The translations under genes were made by a program, and so were the position numbers. 64,000 nucleotides of DNA from Candidatus Thorarchaeota archaeon (lineage in GTDB: Archaea; Asgardarchaeota; Thorarchaeia; Thorarchaeales; Thorarchaeaceae), in the NCBI GenBank assembly GCA_011364985.1, contig RDOC01000001.1, forward strand, positions 4,271 to 68,270. The letters run 5' to 3'. This document shows positions 43,201 through 51,000 of the stretch, in pieces. The stretch's first letter is position 1, and the number at the start of each line of letters is the position of its first letter. Below the pieces are notes generated by a model. It was given only the letters and a program-made list of their open reading frames with translations, searched no databases and was not told the DNA's origin.

Positions 43201-45186
43201 GAGGGAGGCTTCAAGATAGCTATTATCACAAAAACTGGCGAGGAACGGATAATCTCATGGAGATACCGCGTGCTACGAAACGATTTTGGAAATGCAATTG
43301 GTCTGCTAGCCTCTGGAGAGGATATAACACAGGCCACAATTGCTGAAGCAGCACTACGCAATTCTGAAGCAAAATACAAGCAATTGGTAGAACAGTATAC
43401 GCAAGGAGTAGCGATTATAGCCATACCTCTCAGAATCGCCTTTGCGAATAGGGCAATTGGCGGATTCCTAGACTGTACTCCCGAAGAACTAATGTCGCTG
43501 TCATCAGAGGAGATAAGGGACCTAGTTCATCCGGAAGACCTTCCTGACATGTTGAATAGACTCACGGAACTTATGAATGGAAGACAACCAGAAGAAATCC
43601 CTGCTGTTATGAGAGTCATAAGGCAGAATGGAGAAGTCAGATGGCTGGAGATCCTCGGACGGCGAGTAGAGTACGAGGGACAGTATGCAGTACAAATCGC
43701 TGCGAACGACTCCACTGAGCGAATCAAGGCTACTGAGAGGCTTCGAGAATCCGAAGAGAGGTATAGAAGGCTGTCCGATGAATCAATACAGGCGCTAGCA
43801 ATACTCCAAGATGGAAGATACGTCTATGCAAACCCTGCATTTGCATCGATTGTAGGGTATTCTCTTGAGGAAATTCTGGATTTTTCCTCTGATGAAGTAT
43901 GGAATTTGGTGTACCCTGAGGACAGGGCTGAATTGGATAGAAGAAATGAAGAGATGTGGAAGGGAGGGTCTGTGACACCCAGACATAGATTCCGCTATGT
44001 CAGAAAGGATGGAGCTGTACGATGGGTTGAGTCCTTCGTAAAGACGATTGAATATGAAGGTCGTCGTGCATTTCAGATTCTTGAAATTGACATAACTGCT
44101 CGGATGGAGTCCGAAAAGGCTCTGCGAGACAGTGAAGCAAAATATAGGAAACTTGTTGAGCATGCAACCCTCGGTATAATGATTGTAAGAGTAAGTCCGA
44201 TTGAAATCGCCTTTGCAAACGATGCTTTTCTAGAAATAATCGGTTCTTCCCGCGATGAACTTCTATCTCTCTCAGAAGAGCAAATCGGAAATCTAATTCA
44301 TCCTGATGACTATGAAAGACTGCCCATGCTAATGGCAGATATCCTAGAGGAGTCAACTCAAATGGACTTGCCCCTCATCCTAAGGGTAATCAGAAATGAC
44401 GGGAAAATGCGGTGGGTTGAGCTTCGAGGAAGCAAAGTGGAATTTGAAGATGAACCGGCTATTCAAGCCACCGTAGTGGATATCACCGAACGTATCACGG
44501 CTGAAACAGAACGTCAAAAGGCAGAAGATGATTTGAAAGCTGCAGCAGACACCGCCATGCTGTACCTAGACCTTCTCGGGCATGATATGAGAAACCGACT
44601 TCAAGCGATTCAAATTGCCACAGAGCTCTTGCAGTTCGACGAATCGCGTCCCGAAGCACTCCGAACGATTGAAAAGGTACTGGATCTCGTTCAATCCTCG
44701 GAAGCGTTAATTAACAAGGCGCACGCCACAAGAGGCCTTCTTTCGGCACCTTTGGAAGATGTGTCGTTGCTTCGGACACTAAAGGATACCTTGACAACTG
44801 TGGAAACGCGATTTGATGATGTTGACATTGACGCAAAGTACAATGTGGACCAAGCGCATATTATGGCAGATGAGTACTTGAGTCACCTATTGTTAAATGT
44901 CTTAGAGAATGCAGTTATTCACAACCAGACCACGGAAAAACGAATGTGGATTACTCTTACAGAGAAGCGCGGCGGATTTGAGCTATCAGTGGCCGACAAT
45001 GGCGAAGGAATTGAAGATTCGCGAAAGAGTAGCCTCTTTGACCAAGATCGCAGATTTGGTGGTTTGGGACTTCATCAAAGCCAGAGAATCATCTCAAAGT
45101 ATGGCGGCACGATAGAGGTTGGAGACCGAGTGCTAGGAAATAGCCGTAAGGGAGCAAAAGTGGCTCTTTGGTTCCCCAAAGCATAG
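40219..45186 (+). CDS. soluble multi-PAS sensor histidine kinase (about 11 PAS/PAC modules)
   Basis: Inter-PAS linkers recur, including SEERFRLLYE, SEQKYRDLF, SEERYRTII, NEERFTLF, SEKKYRRLYE, SEAKYKQLVE, SEERYRRL and SEAKYRKLVE. The H-box is YLDLLGHDMRNRLQAI, and HATPase_c shows DNGEGIED...GGLGLHQSQ. The start is a GTG and there is no TM segment. Confidence 0.9.
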   Translation: MHKLQEDDLWSKVQSSEFAELITDGILFLDQSQKIVYSNPNFAVMIGRSLEHIVGKRIDEFIQPGTEKTLAALILSTSIKESEGELLTWIRADGKTTQTIARSLLIKTQSDTGASVFMVMQEVPTLSNIRYTEADDFYVRAMDMSPDMILTLDKSGTITYCNDAAIQQTGYARKEIVGRRFTLLGVLKLGNMSNYLKVFSGVLRGEVPEPFELQWQQKDGGLFHSEVIVSPLKKEEKIAGVIAIARNITERKQAEQALAESEERFRLLYENLSDGVFRSDLQGIITMCSPKGAQLFGYTCEELLGTNFVQLLHPDDAEFIVQTYNRSFEELETVPGGIEARGTRKDGLTIYFHITNTILMEEGKPIGYQSLIRDVTDRRIAEEVIRASEQKYRDLFTHSPVSIWEEDFSEIGMWLHGLKERGISNLEGYLGENPEELRKAFSLLKLKNMNDAAMEMCKADSREQLIGNTDKVFLEETFEGFKRELLAIWNGHPDSMVFESTAMDLHGNRLATQITWKVPISQGAMDLSGVIVVIADITDRVRAEDELRKSEERYRTIIQSLEDVVFVYDSHNKYAQVYVSERSLALEPAEELLGRPIEEVLPPDIAEMHTEAFTRVRQSGSGEHIDYALQIEGALHWFSAALTLHEDGISIVSLVRNITARKETEQELRENEERFTLFADNIPGPVFIKDNESNMLYINKYMKETIGIEDGIGKNTAEVFPYNIAEAMINDDRRAMNEGPIHITQFIPDRNGETHVYQTSKFPIRRENKADLLGGIALDVTEKTKAEEAIKESEKKYRRLYESMEDGFVGADNDGNYIEFNQAYLELSGYEENELRNLSCWDLTPTRWHEMEERINIDQVLVRGYSDLYEKELRRKDGTIVPIEIRVYLLKNEDGRPTGTWAIVRDISLRKRAEEQLREERDTAQRYLDIAGAAIIVIDVDGRIHLMNRKGLETIGYENEEVLGRNWIDLVIPRNESETATELFHEILKDDSPDEGGFKIAIITKTGEERIISWRYRVLRNDFGNAIGLLASGEDITQATIAEAALRNSEAKYKQLVEQYTQGVAIIAIPLRIAFANRAIGGFLDCTPEELMSLSSEEIRDLVHPEDLPDMLNRLTELMNGRQPEEIPAVMRVIRQNGEVRWLEILGRRVEYEGQYAVQIAANDSTERIKATERLRESEERYRRLSDESIQALAILQDGRYVYANPAFASIVGYSLEEILDFSSDEVWNLVYPEDRAELDRRNEEMWKGGSVTPRHRFRYVRKDGAVRWVESFVKTIEYEGRRAFQILEIDITARMESEKALRDSEAKYRKLVEHATLGIMIVRVSPIEIAFANDAFLEIIGSSRDELLSLSEEQIGNLIHPDDYERLPMLMADILEESTQMDLPLILRVIRNDGKMRWVELRGSKVEFEDEPAIQATVVDITERITAETERQKAEDDLKAAADTAMLYLDLLGHDMRNRLQAIQIATELLQFDESRPEALRTIEKVLDLVQSSEALINKAHATRGLLSAPLEDVSLLRTLKDTLTTVETRFDDVDIDAKYNVDQAHIMADEYLSHLLLNVLENAVIHNQTTEKRMWITLTEKRGGFELSVADNGEGIEDSRKSSLFDQDRRFGGLGLHQSQRIISKYGGTIEVGDRVLGNSRKGAKVALWFPKA

Positions 45187-45258
45187 TCATTGTTAGTATT
45201 GCATTCAAAACAACAATCCATAGGATAAGTTATTCTATTATCACTTCTACAAGCCCGT

Positions 45259-46101
45259 CTACTTTAGGTAAGAGACTTTGGCGATTAGAAACCTGTCTGC
45301 TCTCTTTGCAACAGAGGATGGGTTCAGCTCGCGCAAATTGAGTTCCATCTTCCTAGATTGACTATCAAGCCAGATCTCTCTAGCGTCACGGGCAACAATA
45401 CTAGCCGCAGCCACTGCCATTACATCTTCGGCACGAGGCTTCTGAATCAGTCGAATCAATGTTGTATCAAGAACTCTTTCAAGACGAAGCTTTGTCTTGA
45501 TTCTTGAAAACTCGTCAATGACAACACTGATCCCGTCTTCTTTGACGGCCCTACGACACTCCGAAATCGCCTTTGCGTGGCCCCAAGCAAGCAAATCGTT
45601 GAGATTCTTGCCCTCTCTCTTCAGTTCGTCGAATCGCCGGTTGAAGGTTTCAGGAGAGAGCAGAACCACCTTGAAGGAAATGCAATTCCTCTTCACATCC
45701 TTGGCCAAGTCATAGATTTGTTTTAGCTTCAGCTCTTTGCTGTCCATGACGCCTAATGACCTAAGAATGGCTGATTGCAAGGAATTCAGGGCAACTGCCG
45801 ATATCACCAATGGGCCAAGCCATTCTCCCTTTCCAGCTTCATCCGACCCGATTATGGTAGACTCGGTTTCGGCGGATTTATAGATCTCCTGAACGGAATT
45901 CTGGAGCAATGCACGGGAATAGATATCAGAAGCAACAACCTTTCCAGTGGTGTAGGCAATTATCGAAGCCTCACCGAAGGACAATCTGAACGACTCAAAC
46001 TTGGTCTTTGTCCTAGTCTCAAGAGTCCTAGAATCCTTGAGAAGTGCAGACTTCAGAACGCCCAGTTTCTCAACATCGATCTTGATCACATGGAAGTCCA
46101 T
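45259..46101 (-). CDS. rnhC: ribonuclease HIII
   Basis: IGSDEAGKGEWLGPLV carries the two-residue insertion typical of HIII rather than HII. Further family segments are VMDSKEL, VIDEF and RAEDVMAVAAASIVAR. The N-terminal ~85-aa domain contains IIAYTTGKVV. Confidence 0.8.
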   Translation of the reverse strand: MDFHVIKIDVEKLGVLKSALLKDSRTLETRTKTKFESFRLSFGEASIIAYTTGKVVASDIYSRALLQNSVQEIYKSAETESTIIGSDEAGKGEWLGPLVISAVALNSLQSAILRSLGVMDSKELKLKQIYDLAKDVKRNCISFKVVLLSPETFNRRFDELKREGKNLNDLLAWGHAKAISECRRAVKEDGISVVIDEFSRIKTKLRLERVLDTTLIRLIQKPRAEDVMAVAAASIVARDAREIWLDSQSRKMELNLRELNPSSVAKRADRFLIAKVSYLK

Positions 46102-46114
46102 TCTCTACTTACCT

Positions 46115-46897
46115 CTATCTAAGATGAATGACCTCGCCAGCAGAAACCAAATGCTGCCCATCCCTATTCTTCACAATCAGTCCTCCGCTTGCATCTATTT
46201 CAACTGCTGTCCCTCTAAGATTTTCGGTCGACAATCGCACCATTACGTCTCTGCCTAGAGTCTCACAGATTTCTGCATAGTTCATGAGAATGGAATCGAA
46301 TGCACGTGTTTCATAGACTTCCTGCAGTTGAGAGTCCGCATTATTGATGATGCTAGATGCAAGTACTTCGCGAGTCGGAACAACGTGTGACTCCTCTGCA
46401 ATCGTTGTCATCGTATTTCGTAGTCTGTCAGGAAAATCCAAGATTTGTGAGGATATGTTGATACCAATTCCAAGAATTGCCACTAGTCTGCCCTTCGTAG
46501 TGGGCACGAGTTCACTGAGTATCCCACCCAGTTTCTTCCCATTCACAAGTAGGTCGTTTGGCCATTTCAATCGTGCTTGAAGTCGTGCAGTTTCTTCCAA
46601 TGCAGAGACAGCAGCATTGGCCAGCATGATACCCAACAAAGGACTTGAGGCAGCGCCTGCAGGGGGTTGTAGGACAATGCTGAGATATAGTCCCCCCAGC
46701 GGCGAATACCATCTCCGCCCATGGCGCCCTCTACCATTGACCTGCCTATCGGCAATCACTATGATTCCTTCGCTGCCGCCGTCATCAATCAGTCTCTTTG
46801 CTACGAGATTCGTGGACAATGCCTCTTCTAGACATATGATTCGTGGAGATATCACTTTTGTATCTAAGCCACTGAGAAAAATCCCGGAATTGACCAT
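46115..46897 (-). CDS. birA: biotin--[biotin carboxyl-carrier protein] ligase, class I (no N-terminal HTH)
   Basis: ADRQVNGRGRHGRRWYSPLGGLYLS contains the GRGRxGRxWxSP motif, and LKWPNDL is also present. It ends 13 nt before rnhC. Confidence 0.85.
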   Translation of the reverse strand: MVNSGIFLSGLDTKVISPRIICLEEALSTNLVAKRLIDDGGSEGIIVIADRQVNGRGRHGRRWYSPLGGLYLSIVLQPPAGAASSPLLGIMLANAAVSALEETARLQARLKWPNDLLVNGKKLGGILSELVPTTKGRLVAILGIGINISSQILDFPDRLRNTMTTIAEESHVVPTREVLASSIINNADSQLQEVYETRAFDSILMNYAEICETLGRDVMVRLSTENLRGTAVEIDASGGLIVKNRDGQHLVSAGEVIHLR

Positions 46898-46975
46898 AGT
46901 TCATCCATCATAGATTGATATTGCGGTTTTCCACAAAAGAGTCATCGCGGATTCCTTTCAGCGAGTACTTATATT

Positions 46976-47842
46976 ATGTATGAATTAGCGAATTCCAGAC
47001 AGGTGAGCCAAATGCCCAGCTTGGCCGGAGCAGTCATTCTACCCAAGCACAGAAAGACGCTGCTATTTAAGAATAGAGACATGATCAATCGGAACCATAA
47101 GGACGAGCTTTTCTATGACGTCGATTGTTTTGGGATTCGAGGAGTGGACAATGTTACAGAAAAGGTAGGTGGACTTGCCATTGGAGTAAATAACCACGGT
47201 CTTGCTGCAGCAAACACTCATGTAAGAAACATGGATGACCCTTCATACTACCTTCTAACGGAACAGATTTTGATGTTCGCTAAGGATGCTGAAAATGGGC
47301 TTGGAATGGTACGCGATCACCTTAGATCCGGCCGCAAATACCAATGGGGTAATCTTGTACTTGCAGACCGTGATTCGATTCTTGTGATTGAGCTTGCAGG
47401 TGACGAACATTCCGTTGAGTGGTCGGAACGAAAAGCTCTCAGAACAGCGCATCACATCATGCTAGACACGGAAGGGGTCCTAAGATCTAGCCATACACGA
47501 GCAGATGAGTACTCGAACTCAGTGAAGCGGGTTGAGAGGGGCTATGATCTAATACGGAAGGTTTCAAGTGTGAGTGATGTGTTCAATATCCTAAAAGACC
47601 ATGGGGATAATCTTGGACAGAGCAGCCTCTGCAAGCATGCCGAGGCATATGGAGACCATGCAACAACTATGAGTTATGTTGTAGAAGTAGACTACTCGGT
47701 AGATACTGCTAGACCAAGGATTGTATTTCATGTGGCAAAAGGAAATCCATGTCAATCAGCATTTGCATCAATACCAATAGTCTTTCCTGCAGACGAGGAG
47801 ATAATGAAACGGGCGGCCCAGTTCTATCATGGTGATGAATAA
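46976..47842 (+). CDS. hypothetical protein, possibly an Ntn-hydrolase / peptidase C45-like acyltransferase
   Basis: The resemblance is weak: LLFKNRD and GLAIGVNNHGLAAANTHV. The nucleophile could not be verified. Confidence 0.35.
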   Translation: MYELANSRQVSQMPSLAGAVILPKHRKTLLFKNRDMINRNHKDELFYDVDCFGIRGVDNVTEKVGGLAIGVNNHGLAAANTHVRNMDDPSYYLLTEQILMFAKDAENGLGMVRDHLRSGRKYQWGNLVLADRDSILVIELAGDEHSVEWSERKALRTAHHIMLDTEGVLRSSHTRADEYSNSVKRVERGYDLIRKVSSVSDVFNILKDHGDNLGQSSLCKHAEAYGDHATTMSYVVEVDYSVDTARPRIVFHVAKGNPCQSAFASIPIVFPADEEIMKRAAQFYHGDE

Positions 47843-48042
47843 GAGCATTTATGATATGAGAACTACTTGCCCAAATTGAATCCTACAAGATCACAAAATG
47901 CCTATTTTTGTATAAAAAGAAATCAAATCATAATGTTTGTGAATAGATTTATAGTTCTTTAGTCTAATATATAGATATTGCGTGTGCTTAAGGAAAGCAT
48001 TGGAGAATTGCTTTTCGCGTAAAGCTAAGGGGAGATATCTTA

Positions 48043-51000
48043 ATGAAGAAGAAACCCTATTTGTTTATGATAGTGTTTTCACTTGTCTTTATTTTGGGAA
48101 ACATCGTATGTAGCATACCTACTACTCCGATCGATCCTGCGACCTCTTCCCAGTCCTTGCTTGGAGAACCAAATCCACCAGTAGGGGTAGAACCAAGGAG
48201 GAATGTGGAAGATAATGAATTAGGTGTTCCTGAGTCTAAGGAAACTGCGAACGTCCGGAATTTCAACAAAACATTCGAACAATGCAAGATCGATCCAACG
48301 ACTGGTGATTTTGTCTATACAAAGAATGAAATCGCGTACGACTGGGTGGATGCTACCAGTGGATCGTGGAACGATTTGAGCATGGACAGCTATGTAGCGC
48401 TAAGCCTGCCATTTAGTTTTCCATTCTATGGAGAAACCTTTACGACTGTGTATGCTTCAAGACACGGCTGGATGTCCTTCTACAATACTGAGCCGTCCTC
48501 ACCGTGGATCGGAATTGGGTCCAGTAGTGAGTCCGCTTGGTATGCTGTTGCGCCATATGCCACTCCTATCAGTTTGGAAAATGGGAACCCAGGAGTCTAT
48601 ACTCTTTCCCTAACTTCGCCCAATCGCTTTGTTGTTGAGTACAACAACGTGTACTCTGAGTATATGCCCTATGTGCTAGTTGGTACCTATCAGATCATAT
48701 TCTATGAGAATGGCACCATCGATTTCAACTATGACTTGGTTGAGAACGAGTACGAGCTACCGTATTCTACAGGTATCAATCACGGTGCCATTTACAGCAA
48801 CTACGTAGACCACACGTTTGGCTCATTTCCGGTCGACGATTTGACCCTCCGGTTTGCTCCTCCAGAGAGATGGGTCTTCATCACATCATCCGACATGACT
48901 GCCTCGACCGACTACACACTCACGTGGGTTGGTGATTCCAATGTCACAATTGATGAGTATCATGTGTTTGTTGACTATTCCTACTATGATAGCACAACTT
49001 CCGATTACATGGACTTGACAGGACTCAGTACTGGCTGGATTTATACCGAAGTCTATATGGAAACGGGAGGACATAACTACACGGTGGGAATGCAGCTCCT
49101 TGTGGACACTGATACACCAATAATATCAATAGACTACCCATCTGACCCTGGTGAGCTCTACGATGCAAAGGTCAATTGGACTGCATATGATCCAACCTCA
49201 TACATTTCTTACTATGATATCTTGATCGATGGAATCTATCTCAAGACAGTTGATGGATGGATAACAGAAACATACGTGGTCATTCCAAATGAGCAATATC
49301 ATAACATCACCGTCGTTGCATATGACGCACTTGGTCACTTCGATTGGGATTATTCAATAGTATGGTATGAGAGGACTGTCCCAGCTGCCGGATTCGTTCG
49401 CACCCACGATGAAAGCGGCCTCTGGGAACTGCAGGATTACTACCATAATCTTGGGTATCTTAACGACGAGATTTACACCTCTCTTACTTCAAGCCTCCTC
49501 AGCTGCTATGATGTCATCTTTATTGGTGGAGGAGGGACGATGTGGCCAAGTGAGGACATGACAGGGTTGACGGACTATGTCGATGGTGGAGGAATGTTGG
49601 TTGCATGCTATGATTGGGGATTCGCTGTAGGTCTAGATTCCGTGATGGAGAACTACGGCATTAGTGTTCATTCCGCAACTTACACTTATGGTGACAACAC
49701 AACCTACTTCGAAACCAATCATCCGCTGATGGAAAACGTCGCGCAACTTCAGCACTCCGGTATGGAATACACATTTGATCTGAGCTTTCCTTCAAAGGAG
49801 TTCATCCGTTCAGCTGACGGACTGAACATTATCGGATCAATTCTCGAATTGGGTCCCTCGAAGATTCTGTGCATTGACTATTCGTTCACCTATGACATTT
49901 ACAGGTCAGACAACTACATTTTCTTTGAAAACATCTTCACACACTGGCTGGCTATGGAGGATCATGACCTAGGTGTGGTCTTGGACGTACCGACATCGGC
50001 TGGGCAAGGTCAAGCTGTTGATGTTCATGTGTATGTTGTCAATCAAGGCATCTCAACTGAAATGGGCTTTACCATTGAGCTGTGGGTAGACGAAGTTCTT
50101 AAGGACTCACTCTTTGTGAGTTCTCTGGATTCAGGTGATTGGGCGGAGCTGCCCACTTCCGTACTCGTGCCTTCACAAAGCGCTATGAATGTAACTGGGT
50201 ACGTCGCCCCTGTGCCCGGGGAAACACTCCTCTACAACAACAGACATGAGAGAAACATTCGTGTGGTCTCTTTGACCATATTCAGTCCAATCCCAGATCA
50301 GGAAGTACAGGGAGGCCTTGTCTTTGTGAACTACACGACGGCAGACTCACCGAATCTACAGAATATTACAGTCTTTGTAAACGAAGTCTGGGTAACTCGT
50401 CTCTATGATGTTGCAGACATGATAGACCTTGGGATGTTCGTGCCAGTTTTCCAGAATGGCTCGAATACGATAACTCTGATGGGGCATTGGGTTGGAGGAG
50501 GTATTGCAAACGCAAGTGTCACGATTGAGTCTTACTATGTAGTTCCTAGGATAGAACCATCCTATGGAGACTATCTAAACTTCACCTTGGCACCCAATGA
50601 CATGTCGTATTCACAAGATATGAACTTCACATTCACTGATTGGATTTCTCCATTTGTAGTAAACTGCACCATGATCGTCAATCAGACCTCTGGGGGCATC
50701 CCGATCATGTATCTGGAAACCTGGATTGCAGTCAACGTCCTCAACGGATATATATCCGATGGTTGGCCTGGAGCACCAATCGAACAGAGCTGGGTGTATA
50801 GACATTGTTTCATTGTGCCTAGTACCCTTACACCTGAAACTGTACCGTACTCAACCTACTTAGATGACGAATCGCCCTTAGCGTCTGGGGCCGGCCCAGC
50901 AGGGGTTCTTATGGACTGGAACCATGTGCTGATGTTGGATGTCCCCAGCGAGTGGAATGGGTATGATACTTATAACCTCACCATGTCGATGAGTGGAGTA

